Assembly (NCBI GenBank): GCA_963844035.1 | Contig: CAWJMT010000037.1 | Coordinates: forward strand, 64,001 to 128,000 | Reading direction: 5' to 3' | DNA length: 64,000 nt | Source: an uncultured Gemmatimonadales bacterium | GTDB lineage: Bacteria > Gemmatimonadota > Gemmatimonadetes > Gemmatimonadales > GWC2-71-9 | Part shown: one piece after another, positions 22,189 to 31,694 of the stretch | Layout of the letters: every line of letters begins with the position of its first letter | Numbering within the stretch: position 1 is the first letter of the stretch | The notes under the pieces: generated by a model | Told to the model about the DNA's origin: nothing | The model's database searches: none | Seen by the model: only the letters and a program-made list of their open reading frames with translations | Program-made: the position numbers and the translations under genes

Positions 22189-23445
22189 TCAGTCGGCCGC
22201 TGTGTCGGCGTGCCGCGTGGCCGTCTCCGAGTGCCGTGCGGCCTCGAGTGGAGGCTTGCTCAGCACGCCGCAGCAGCGCGCACAGGCGGGCAATGTCCCT
22301 CCGGCCCGCTGCAGCGTCTGACGAAACCCGCGGAAGCGCTCGTGGTTCCACAGGTCCGACAGCGGTGTCGTCTGGATGTTGCCGATCGGGAAGTTGTAGC
22401 AGCGGTTCTGGGCGGGGATCACGCTGCCGTCTGTTCTGATCATCATCATGTTCCACGGATCGGTGCATCGCGGACCCGTGACGGGCGTCAGGGGCTCGTG
22501 GTACAACGCGTCGATGCCTTCGCGGCTGGTGAAATCGGGGCTGATGGTGACGCGGGGGAGGGCGGGGCCGCGCGAGCGCACATAGGCGCGTACACGTTGC
22601 AGCTCGGCCCAGATCGCGCCGGTGTCAAAGGTCGCGGGGTCCATGGCACCCAGGTTCGAGCGCGTCACGGGCAGATCCGCACCGTACCTCGCGTTGTGAG
22701 CCTGGGCCATGCCGTCGGTGATGAAGTTGAGATGCGAGATGTGGATCGATTCCGGCTGCAGCGGCTCGACCGCCTGAATGAACTCCAGGAGGTGGCCATA
22801 GTTCTCGTCGGTGATCGTGAGCGAGAGCTGCAACTTGGGGTACCGCCGCTTGAGGCGGGCCTTGGTGGCGGTCAGGAGCTCCGCTCCGCGGTACAGCTTC
22901 TCGAACGAGTCACGACTGCCGCGGATCCGGTTGTGCACGTGGGCGGGCCCATCCACCGAGAGCGCGAGTCCGTGCAGGCCACTCTCCACCAGGGCGGGCG
23001 CCAATCGCGGCAGCATGGTGCCGTTGCTGATGATGACGCAGTACAGGCCTTCCCGTACGATGGCACGTGTGAACTCGATGATCTCGGGATGGATCAGGGG
23101 CTCGGTGCTGCCGATGGACACGTGGGGGCGGGGTCGGAACGCGCGCGCCTGACGCAGGATCCCGTGGAGCATGTCCAACGTCATGTTGTGCGGGTTCGGT
23201 CCTATCAAGTTCGCCCAAAACGCCGTCCCGTTCTCCCCCAAACCGACGTCGCACATCTTGCAGTGCAGGTTGCACACGTTGTTGACGGTGAGTACCAGCC
23301 ACTCGGGTGAATGGCGGCAGCGGCCATCCAGGCGGTCGTAGTCGTCGCCGCGGAGACGCCGAAGCAGGCGCCGCGAAACACGGGCGATGCCGTGTCGGTC
23401 GAGCCGCCTGAGTCGCGCGAGTGTGTGAGAGAGGCTGTTTGCCAT
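22189..23445 (-). CDS. Radical SAM protein with SPASM/twitch domain
   Basis: CNLHCKMC; EPL, SNG, SVDG...HNRIRG; C-terminal CTDPW...DGSVIP...C...IGNI...LWN...CARCC. Confidence 0.92.
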   Translation of the reverse strand: MANSLSHTLARLRRLDRHGIARVSRRLLRRLRGDDYDRLDGRCRHSPEWLVLTVNNVCNLHCKMCDVGLGENGTAFWANLIGPNPHNMTLDMLHGILRQARAFRPRPHVSIGSTEPLIHPEIIEFTRAIVREGLYCVIISNGTMLPRLAPALVESGLHGLALSVDGPAHVHNRIRGSRDSFEKLYRGAELLTATKARLKRRYPKLQLSLTITDENYGHLLEFIQAVEPLQPESIHISHLNFITDGMAQAHNARYGADLPVTRSNLGAMDPATFDTGAIWAELQRVRAYVRSRGPALPRVTISPDFTSREGIDALYHEPLTPVTGPRCTDPWNMMMIRTDGSVIPAQNRCYNFPIGNIQTTPLSDLWNHERFRGFRQTLQRAGGTLPACARCCGVLSKPPLEAARHSETATRHADTAAD

Positions 23446-23520
23446 GCAGCTATCGTTCGTGAAGGTACATCCCCAGATAGGGGGCCGTGAATGGGCGAAT
23501 TCGAGTTGTTATACCGCGCA

Positions 23521-24108
23521 TCAAATCTTCTTCAGGAGGAATTGCCGGTTGCGCTGTAAGACAAGCTCGACTGACCCCGTGGCCACGAACTCGTCTACCG
23601 CCCGCACGATGCTTCCCTCCCACCAGCCGTCCTCGGTGTAGTCATCGCCCGAGATGTAGCCGCCCGGCTTCACGATGTTCAAGCACAAGGCCAGGTCCCG
23701 TTTCACGTATTCGTACACGTGGTTGCCGTCGATGTAGACCCAGTCGAAGGATGCCTCGGGGAACCGCGGCAGCACGGCATCCGAGCGCCCGCGATGAACC
23801 TTCACTCGGCCGTCGAATTGAAAGCGCGCGCATACACTGCGGTAGCGTTCGTCCATCTCCGCTTGCCCGCCCGGTGCCCCGCCACCGTAGAGCGCGTGTC
23901 GGTAGGTGTCGGATTCTTCGTATTGCCATGGATCGATCAGGTGGAGCTCGCGAGGAGATGTCGTCCGCAGGATCAGTTCCGAGAAATCGCCCGCGTGTAC
24001 CCCTATTTCGGCGCACACCGCATGCGTCGGCAGCATCTTCAGTAAGAACTCCCGCCCGTGGCGCGGCGTGAGGGCGAGCGCGCGGGCGAGTCGTTCGAGG
24101 ATACTCAC
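23521..24108 (-). CDS. Class I SAM-dependent methyltransferase (Methyltransf_24-like)
   Basis: EIGVHAG, IDPW, DWVYIDGNHVYEYVKRDL, KPGGYISGDDY. Confidence 0.9.
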   Translation of the reverse strand: MSILERLARALALTPRHGREFLLKMLPTHAVCAEIGVHAGDFSELILRTTSPRELHLIDPWQYEESDTYRHALYGGGAPGGQAEMDERYRSVCARFQFDGRVKVHRGRSDAVLPRFPEASFDWVYIDGNHVYEYVKRDLALCLNIVKPGGYISGDDYTEDGWWEGSIVRAVDEFVATGSVELVLQRNRQFLLKKI

Positions 24109-25592
24109 GGGTTTGGCGCGTAGTACAGGCGGACCCAGACGCTGTCCTGATGAAACACCTCGCGAGGGTCGCGAGCGAGGACCTGGGCGGCGAGACCGGT
24201 CTCGATGGCGTTCGTCGGCACGAAGTCACTCCACAGCACGATCCATTGGGGGCGCCCGCCGGTCGGGGCGGTGCTCGTCGTCTCTCCATACCGCCCAAGC
24301 TCCAGGCTCGCGAAGCTCACCAGGCGATCCTTGCTGCGGCGGGAGTGAACGAAGATGCGCTGGTAGTCCTCGGGCTTGGCCATGTCGAGGTCCCGCAGGG
24401 TCTCGAGCGCCTGTTCTACGGCCGCGGGGCCCCGCTGCCGCTCCAGCCGGACGAGTGCGCGCTCGGCGTCGGCTCCCCGGCCGCGTGCCAGTACAGCGAC
24501 GGTGTCGCCCGGTGGGACCTGGCTGTCGACGTATCGCGCGACCCGGTAAGACAGCGCGAGGTGCGGCTCGCGGGTTGCCCGCTGGATCATGCGGTCGGCA
24601 GCCCACAGGCCCACCGAGACGGTGAGTATCGTCGCCAGTTCCCGGAAACGGGGGAGCGCGCCCAGGCCGAGGGTTGCGAGTATCGCGACGCCCACCAGCG
24701 GGATGTGTGCCTCGCGCCCGGTCACGACTTGGTCGGGCCGGTCCCCGACGCCGTGCGCTGAGAACAGGATGGCGACGAGGAAGAGCGCGAGAGCGGCGAG
24801 GAGCATCTGGAACGGTGCGGTCTTCAGCAGGCGCTTCCGCAGCACCACGACGGCGCCCCCCGCGGCGAGGAGCAGGGTCGGCACCGTGCTTCCGCGCATG
24901 GTCCCCGACACCAGGTGCGCCCAGCGCAACAGGCGTTCCGGGCTCGACCAGCGTTCGATGGCGTAGCTGCCAGCGGGCGTGATGCCGACGTTGTAGACCA
25001 TCCATCCGAGCGGAGCCCATCCAAACAGGGCGCCGGCCGCGAGGAGGGCTCGCGGCGTGCGGTTGTGCGCGTTCACGTACGCCAGGGCGAGGACCGGGCA
25101 GGCGATCCAGGCCTCGTAGCGGCTCAGACACGCCAATCCCAGACTCAAGCTCGCGAGGTACCACCGCTCCGTGAACGCGAAATAGAACCCGAACAGCATC
25201 CCCGCCAGCATGAGGATCTCCGGGTAGGGGACGATGGAGTCCACGAGCACCAGCGGCGTCGCAAGGAATAGGAACGAACCGTCGAGGGCGACGCGGGGCG
25301 GCACGAGCGTCGAGAGCAGGAGATAGAATCCCGCGCCGGCCACCGAACCCACGACGGCCATGAAGCACTGCACGGGGAGGGGGCCGCGCGACAGGACCGC
25401 GAGATAGTGAATCGCTGCCTGCAACAAGGGAAGGTTGTGTGACAGGACAATGTGGTCTGCCTTCGCGAGCCGGGCGATCGTGTCCCCGCCGAAGATGATC
25501 GGGTGGCGATAGATGAGGTACAAACGAACGACGAGGCCGGCGGCGAGAATGAGCGAGAGATACGTCGCCTGAGTGCGACGGTCAGGCGTCAT
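24105..25592 (-). CDS. Polytopic GT-C fold glycosyltransferase-like membrane protein
   Basis: ATG 25592 overlaps upstream gene; ~11 hydrophobic segments; GD loop after TM1; PYPE, LACLSRYEAW motifs. Confidence 0.6.
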   Translation of the reverse strand: MTPDRRTQATYLSLILAAGLVVRLYLIYRHPIIFGGDTIARLAKADHIVLSHNLPLLQAAIHYLAVLSRGPLPVQCFMAVVGSVAGAGFYLLLSTLVPPRVALDGSFLFLATPLVLVDSIVPYPEILMLAGMLFGFYFAFTERWYLASLSLGLACLSRYEAWIACPVLALAYVNAHNRTPRALLAAGALFGWAPLGWMVYNVGITPAGSYAIERWSSPERLLRWAHLVSGTMRGSTVPTLLLAAGGAVVVLRKRLLKTAPFQMLLAALALFLVAILFSAHGVGDRPDQVVTGREAHIPLVGVAILATLGLGALPRFRELATILTVSVGLWAADRMIQRATREPHLALSYRVARYVDSQVPPGDTVAVLARGRGADAERALVRLERQRGPAAVEQALETLRDLDMAKPEDYQRIFVHSRRSKDRLVSFASLELGRYGETTSTAPTGGRPQWIVLWSDFVPTNAIETGLAAQVLARDPREVFHQDSVWVRLYYAPNP

Positions 25593-26517
25593 CGTAGCCG
25601 AGCTTCGCGAGGGTGGGCCCCAGCAGTCGCTGGAGCTCGGCCGTTTGCGCGGCGTCGAGGTCGGTGCGCCACCGTCCAATCGACGTCTGATGCACGGCTT
25701 CGCGGACGCCTTGGAGGTGGACCATTCGCTCGACGTCGCCGAAGTGGAGACCGAGCTCGTGATGACGCAGCATGCGCTCGTCGAAGGTCAGGCCCAGGAA
25801 CGTCGCGACCCCCTGGATGGTCTCGCGGGGCGAACGCACGAGGTTCTCATAGCGAATCTCGAGATACTGCCCGGGGTGGCGGGCGCCGAACGCCCGGGCA
25901 GCACGCACGGCTTTGACCCAGTGGCGGGCAGTCGCCGGTAGCGCATCCTTGTAGATCCGCATGAACGATCCCACCACGTCCCGTCCGTCCCGGAGTATGT
26001 GGATCACTCGGAGATCGGGGAAGATCGCGGGCAGCGCGCGCAGCACAAACGTATTGCCCGGCGTCTTGTCCCCCCATCGGATCGCCGACGGCTTGTGTTG
26101 CCTCAGGTGCGCGCGGTACACCGCCTCCAGCACCGCGGCGAGGTCGCGTCCCGCCCGCGGGCGAGCGTCCACCTCGCGAAACACGTCGTCGAGATCGAGC
26201 TCCCATCTCCCCCACGCCGGATGATGCTCGAATCCGCCCACAATGATGCGCAGCACGACGTTCCACGGGGCGCGGCAATACCATCGGTAGTCCCGTACGG
26301 TGGCGCGGAGGTCGTTCTCGGGAGGGATGTGAACGTCGGGATGCGCTTCGAGCATGGCGCGCAGCAGCGTCGAGCCGCAGCGGCCGGACCCTACGATAAA
26401 GAAGGGCCCGTAGCGTTCCGGGCCGTGCAGCGGCCACCCACCGACGAGCACGGGGATGTGGCGAAGCACCTGACGGAGGGAGCGATTCACCTCGGGCGCG
26501 GAGTCCTGGAGGGCCAC
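25582..26517 (-). CDS. Sulfotransferase (Sulfotransfer_3)
   Basis: FIVGSGRCGSTLL (5'-PSB), WGDKTP, IHILRDGRDV (3'-PB), RYENLV. Confidence 0.93.
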   Translation of the reverse strand: MALQDSAPEVNRSLRQVLRHIPVLVGGWPLHGPERYGPFFIVGSGRCGSTLLRAMLEAHPDVHIPPENDLRATVRDYRWYCRAPWNVVLRIIVGGFEHHPAWGRWELDLDDVFREVDARPRAGRDLAAVLEAVYRAHLRQHKPSAIRWGDKTPGNTFVLRALPAIFPDLRVIHILRDGRDVVGSFMRIYKDALPATARHWVKAVRAARAFGARHPGQYLEIRYENLVRSPRETIQGVATFLGLTFDERMLRHHELGLHFGDVERMVHLQGVREAVHQTSIGRWRTDLDAAQTAELQRLLGPTLAKLGYDDA

Positions 26518-26530
26518 CTCAATCGGGGAC

Positions 26531-28194
26531 CTACTTCCCCATCAGATGATACGCGTACAGCCCCTGCCCATGATCGCTCGTCGTGACGCCGGCCGGGAGG
26601 CATTCGATGAAGTAGTGGAGCGGCACCCAGCTGAAATCCGGATCCTTGGCCGTTACGAACACGAGCCCCACCCCCCCATGCGGCTGACGGCGGAACAACG
26701 ATCGCAGCGATTGATGGACTTGCGCGTTGGGAGCGAGGACAATGTCCTGGCGGTCAACGACACACCCGTCTTGATCCACCAATTCACAACTGAAGCCGGC
26801 GGAGTCATGGTAGTCCCACGCGTGTGACACGTTCGCGAAATTGATGTAGGTCTCGAGCGCGTCCGTACAGAAGTAGGGGAGCACCATGAACACCGTTTGA
26901 TATCTGAGGACCCACGCCGGCCGCACAAAGCCGCGCGGTGAATGCCACGGCACCGAGGCACCAACCTGGGTCGACTCGCGGGCGTTGGGACCGTCGTAGC
27001 GCACCTGACCGTGCAGACTGGTGGCGAACCGGCCGTCGGCCGTACAGGGCTCGGCGTGGTAGATCTCGAAATGCCCCTCGAACGTCTCGCCTGGCCCCAG
27101 GTTGAGATAGTCCCGGAAATCGAGGTGTACGAAGCCGCGCGGCGGTATGCGGGCGGCGCGTCGGTTATGTAAGACCAGAACTCCCTGCGCGTCGTAGATC
27201 AGCAGCCCGACGATCTTCTCCGTGTCCTCGAGCTCCGTGTTGAAGAGGATCACCGACGTCGTCAAGGCGTCGGTCAGGAGGAGCGAATGGGGGAACATGA
27301 AGCCCTTCCCGAGGCGCTCGTGATCGGCGGCCGGGTACGTGTTGCGCGCGACCTTGGACATGTAGAACGAGTGGTCGAGCGAGAAAGCGCCCGTGCGTCG
27401 ATCGGTCGTCTTCACGAGGAAACGATAGCGCCGCAGATCGTCGGGGTAAGACTTGACGAGGATATTGCCGGGGCCGCCATTCAGGAACGCGCGCGCGTTC
27501 GGGAAGGCCTCGCGAATCGGCACCTCGAGGACCTGATGCGGTCCCAGGCCCGGCAGGCGCACCGACAGCGCCTCGCCGGCTGCGTTCCGCAGCTCGAGGG
27601 GGATGTTGCGCCACCCGTGCTCGTAGCTCTGGAGCACCAGTGCGCTGGCTGACCGATCGTCTTCGAACACGGCGATCGCGCCGGCATAGGTGTGGTTGCG
27701 GTGGGTCAGCTCCCGCGCCGCCCATTCGACCTCCCGCAGCAATCGCCAGGGCAGCGGCGCTGCACCGGTCGCCATGTTGGCGTGGGTGCAGGTGCAGGTG
27801 CGTCGCTCGTCGGTCCACAGCAGGAAGGCGTCCGGCGAGGTATCGGACTCGAGGAGCACATCGTCGAGCGAATCTCCGGCCACATCCCAGCAGTGGATCG
27901 CGAACTCCATCGAGCCCGTGACGATCTGATCGGAGGATAGGAAATCCGTGGAGGCGAGCCTCGCAAACGGCCGCCGTGCCCGGGTACCGCGTTCGTGGAT
28001 TCGTGGAGAATGGTTCCGTTGGCGGCGCGGATCGTGACTGCGATATCGTAGCCGTCGACCGTCCGGCCCAGATCGGTGAGGCGCCGCCTCAGGATCTCCA
28101 GGACGATGAGGATGGTCGTGTAGTAGCCGTCGCCATGCACGAGGTACTCCACGTAGCCGAGGCGCTTCACTCCGCGCCAGGGAAGTACTGCCAC
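26531..28194 (-). CDS. Hypothetical protein with about four beta-sandwich-like repeats (frameshift near 27930-27980)
   Basis: 27706-28194 and 26531-27910 ORFs are collinear and tightly packed in the operon; repeated motif described in findings. Confidence 0.65.
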
Positions 28195-28195
28195 C

Positions 28196-29224
28196 TCAGT
28201 CGCGCTGTTCGAGCGCCGTGAACATCTTGTCGAGGAAGGGCAAGGCGTCGTTCGGATCGTCGGTCAGCTTCAGCTTCCAGCCGCCTCCCGCAGCCACCCG
28301 CCGCAAGGCCTCATCCACGCCGTCCCCGAACATGGTGCGGGCGATCCCCAAACCGTTGCGCAGGAAGGTCTCGACCTCTTTGGGTGCCACCGGAGTCAGG
28401 GATGCCTGTCCCCCGTTGCGCTCGAGCAGACACACGCCCACATGCGGTGCCATCGGCGCGCCGCCCCCCGCGCCCGACCACGCATAGGGGAATTGGATGA
28501 AGAGCTTCTCGGTGCCGTTCGCCACGAGCGACGGGACGTCGCCGGCGAGCTCGGGAAAGCGCGCGCGGGCCTGCGGGGTCAGGTACACCTGGCCCGGGAT
28601 CTCGCCCCACACGCGGAACTCGGGACGCAGCTGGATATGCGCCACGTCGTCCGACAACACGCGCAGACCGCGGCGGTGCGCTTCGAATGCGATCGTGCTC
28701 TTTCCCGTTCCCGCCGGGCCCGCCAGCAGCAACCCCACCTGCCCGCGCGCGATGAATGCCGCGTGTACGGGATAGCGGTTATGGGTATCGACGAGCGGCA
28801 CCGTCATGGTGTGCAGCACCGCATACTCGAAGTGCGCCCGGTCCGCGAGCAGCGCGGGGGTGAAGTACACGACCGAGTCCTGGCGGTCCATATCCATGAG
28901 CCCCACGCTTCCGGCCGTGTGGATGAGCAGCCGACGCGGGTCGACCAGGCGCCAGATCACTTTTGCATGCGAGGCGGCGCCCTCAACGTCGTCATGCACG
29001 ATCAGCCTGACCCGCACCGAACCCTGATCGATCAGCTCAGGGCTCTGGAGCAGTGCCCGCCACTCGCCGAACGTTTCCTCCACCGCCTCGAGTACCGCCG
29101 CGCTGTTCGATTCGTACCGCACCATCACGCCGAGGACGGGCAGCTCGAGGACGTGGCGCAGCGGAACGTTGAGATACACCGGATCCGACGCCGCCGGTCG
29201 GTCAAATTGGATAGGCGAACTCAT
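28196..29224 (-). CDS. HPr kinase-related P-loop kinase
   Basis: VHAAFIAR, LAGPAGTGKST (Walker A), VLSDD signature. Confidence 0.8.
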   Translation of the reverse strand: MSSPIQFDRPAASDPVYLNVPLRHVLELPVLGVMVRYESNSAAVLEAVEETFGEWRALLQSPELIDQGSVRVRLIVHDDVEGAASHAKVIWRLVDPRRLLIHTAGSVGLMDMDRQDSVVYFTPALLADRAHFEYAVLHTMTVPLVDTHNRYPVHAAFIARGQVGLLLAGPAGTGKSTIAFEAHRRGLRVLSDDVAHIQLRPEFRVWGEIPGQVYLTPQARARFPELAGDVPSLVANGTEKLFIQFPYAWSGAGGGAPMAPHVGVCLLERNGGQASLTPVAPKEVETFLRNGLGIARTMFGDGVDEALRRVAAGGGWKLKLTDDPNDALPFLDKMFTALEQRD

Positions 29225-29271
29225 GTCGAAAGCATTTTAGCGAGGGGTTCCACGTTTGGGTAGCTTCTGTT

Positions 29272-30339
29272 ATGGAAGCAGAAATCGATGCGCGCCTCGC
29301 GCGTTTCAGTGTGACTCGCGATGCGAGCGACCTCTGGCCCGCCGTGCCCGTGGCGTCGTTTCGCGCGGCTCAAGAAGAGGTGGCGCGAGTGGCCAGCGCT
29401 GTCTTACCCGGTGCTTCCCCTCTCGTTCCGATGCAGCGGTCTCACACCGTGGACGCGCAGGCGCTGAACGCCGCCGCGTTCGCCGGGGGTATGGGCCCGC
29501 TGATCGGGTACTGGTGCGAGATGGGCTGGGTCGCCGCCGACCGGGAGGTCGCGGAGCAGTTCGCCACGGCGCTCGATCACGGCCGGCGCCGCGCCACGCG
29601 CATGCGCCAAGCCCTGGAGCAAATCGCCGCACGGCTCGCCGATCGGGGGATCGACGTCGTCGTGATCAATAGCGCGCACACCCGGCACTGCTATTTCCCG
29701 GACCCGGGCACCCGCACATCGGCCGACGTCGACTTGCTCATGCGACCGTCGGACCGGGCTGCCGCACGCGCCGCGCTCCAAGATCTGGGGTACCAGCGGG
29801 CCACGTCGTCCGCCCGTTCTCGCCAGAGTGGCTGGACTCCGCCGGGCCCCGCCGGGAGGGTGCAATCGCTCGACTTCGCTCATGCGGACGATCCCTGGTC
29901 GGTGCGCCTGCACGAGACGCTCGATCGCGGGCTTGGCACTCCCGATCCCTCGGCCGAGGTGGCGTGGCCCGAGGTCGGCCGCACCGTCCGGGTGCTGCGA
30001 CACCCCCTCCTGTTCGCCCATCTGGCGCTGCGCGCGTCGCGGAAATTCCCGATGATCATGCTGGTCCAGCTCGTCGAGCTCGCCTGCGTCGCGCGGCAGG
30101 ATATGGCACGCCGTCCGGCCGCGTGGGAAGCGTTCGACGAGCTGGTGGCTCGGACGGGCACCGCAGGCGCTCTATTCCCGGCGCTCGATCTGACGGAGCG
30201 GCTCGTCCCGGGCACGGTCGATCCGGCGGTGCTCGAGCGCGCCGCGGCTGCCGCGTCGGGCCGGGTACGCCGCGCGGTCCGGGCCGCGACGCCCGCAACA
30301 ACGCTGCGCATGCACCCGCTTCCTGCTCGTCGCGGCTAG
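29272..30339 (+). CDS. Nucleotidyltransferase family protein (NTP_transf_5-like)
   Basis: LADRGIDVVVINSA, YFPDPGTRTSADVDLLM, VRLH, LFAHLALRA. Confidence 0.75.
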   Translation: MEAEIDARLARFSVTRDASDLWPAVPVASFRAAQEEVARVASAVLPGASPLVPMQRSHTVDAQALNAAAFAGGMGPLIGYWCEMGWVAADREVAEQFATALDHGRRRATRMRQALEQIAARLADRGIDVVVINSAHTRHCYFPDPGTRTSADVDLLMRPSDRAAARAALQDLGYQRATSSARSRQSGWTPPGPAGRVQSLDFAHADDPWSVRLHETLDRGLGTPDPSAEVAWPEVGRTVRVLRHPLLFAHLALRASRKFPMIMLVQLVELACVARQDMARRPAAWEAFDELVARTGTAGALFPALDLTERLVPGTVDPAVLERAAAAASGRVRRAVRAATPATTLRMHPLPARRG

Positions 30340-30352
30340 CGCCCGAGCGATC

Positions 30353-31576
30353 TCACCGGACTGCTGCCGGGGCGGACCTGCTGCGCGCGCGGACGCTTGC
30401 GATGACGCCGACGGCCCCGATGAATGCGATCGCCCCCGCGACGAGGAACAGCGTGTGGAACGAGCTCGCGGCCAGGAGGCGGCCGCCGAAGCTCGCGCCG
30501 GTCATGGCGCTCACATCGGCTGCGACCTGACGCCAGCTCGACACGACGCCCTGGCGTTCGGGCGGTGCCTGGCCGAGCAGCCACTGGTCGATGAGCGGCG
30601 TGGTGAGCGGCGCGATCACTCCCTGGACAAAGTACAGTGCCACCGCCAGCCCGACGTTCGTCACGAGCGACAGGCCCCAGATCGCCGGTGCGAAGGCGAT
30701 GAGCGACGCGAACAGGACGCGGCGCACCCCAAGCCGGCTCGCCAGCTCGCCGCTCGCCAGCACTGCGAGCGCCCAGCACCAGCTCGCGGCAGCGAAGACG
30801 AGCCCGATGCGCTCGATGGAAAGCTTGTGCATGTGAGAGAAAAAGATGTTGAGGAACTGCGAGCAGAGCGCCGGCCCTACCAGCCACACGGTGAGGAGCG
30901 CGATGAGCGGGAGCATCTCACGGGCGAGGTGGGGGTCCACCGGTGACGCAGCGGTCGGTGCAGCGTTGGGGGTCGCGGGATCGGTTTGCAGTCGCAGCGC
31001 CCGGTACAGCAGCAAACTCGCGGCGCTGCCGGCGGCACCCATCAGGAGCGTCGCGCGCAACGCCGCCAGACGCGGGAGGCCCCACCGTGTCTCGAGCCAC
31101 GCGGACGCGGCCCCTCCGGCCCAGACGCCGGCGCCGTTCCAGGCGGCGAGCAGCCCGATGTTCCACGCGAATGCTCGCGCGCGGCTGCGCGGCTGCGTCA
31201 GCTGCATCAGGACCGGCGCCATCGCGACGCGCCAGAAGGCGCTCCCCGCGCCGGCGATGACCGCCGCGCCGCACACCGCGAACGGATTGGTGACGACCGC
31301 GCCGAGGCCGAGACCGACGGTGAGCACGAGCGCCCCGGTCATCACCGTCGTCCGGTGGCCCGCGCGGTCCGCGAGCAGGCCGCCGGGGATCAATGTCAGG
31401 AGGCTACCGGCGGTCAGCGCCGCGGCCGCGTATCCCATCACCGTCGCGGAGACGCCCAGCGCTTCGAGATAGAAGTTGTAGAGGAACGCATGGGTGATGA
31501 GGCCGGTGGCGAACAGCACGTTGCCGGCGACGAAAAACACCAACGGGAGCGGGGCGCGGCGCTCAGGGATAGCCAT
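30353..31576 (-). CDS. MFS transporter
   Basis: ATG 31576; 12 TM pattern; GLLADRAGHR and GELASRLGVRR motif A. Confidence 0.9.
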   Translation of the reverse strand: MAIPERRAPLPLVFFVAGNVLFATGLITHAFLYNFYLEALGVSATVMGYAAAALTAGSLLTLIPGGLLADRAGHRTTVMTGALVLTVGLGLGAVVTNPFAVCGAAVIAGAGSAFWRVAMAPVLMQLTQPRSRARAFAWNIGLLAAWNGAGVWAGGAASAWLETRWGLPRLAALRATLLMGAAGSAASLLLYRALRLQTDPATPNAAPTAASPVDPHLAREMLPLIALLTVWLVGPALCSQFLNIFFSHMHKLSIERIGLVFAAASWCWALAVLASGELASRLGVRRVLFASLIAFAPAIWGLSLVTNVGLAVALYFVQGVIAPLTTPLIDQWLLGQAPPERQGVVSSWRQVAADVSAMTGASFGGRLLAASSFHTLFLVAGAIAFIGAVGVIASVRARSRSAPAAVR

Positions 31577-31694
31577 TGACCGTGTCCACCTGGGGTAGAT
31601 AGAATGCCACGCCGCGTAGATCGCCATGCCGCCTCGGTCGGCGGCCGCGAAATCTGTAGCCGAGAGTCTGCTTCCGACACCCTGAATCCTGAAT

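Noticed and set aside
31577..31694. Cobalamin riboswitch or Fur box upstream of the TonB receptor
   Set aside because: The spacer is only 118 nt, and no B12-box or GATAATGATAATCATTATC-like sequence is visible.
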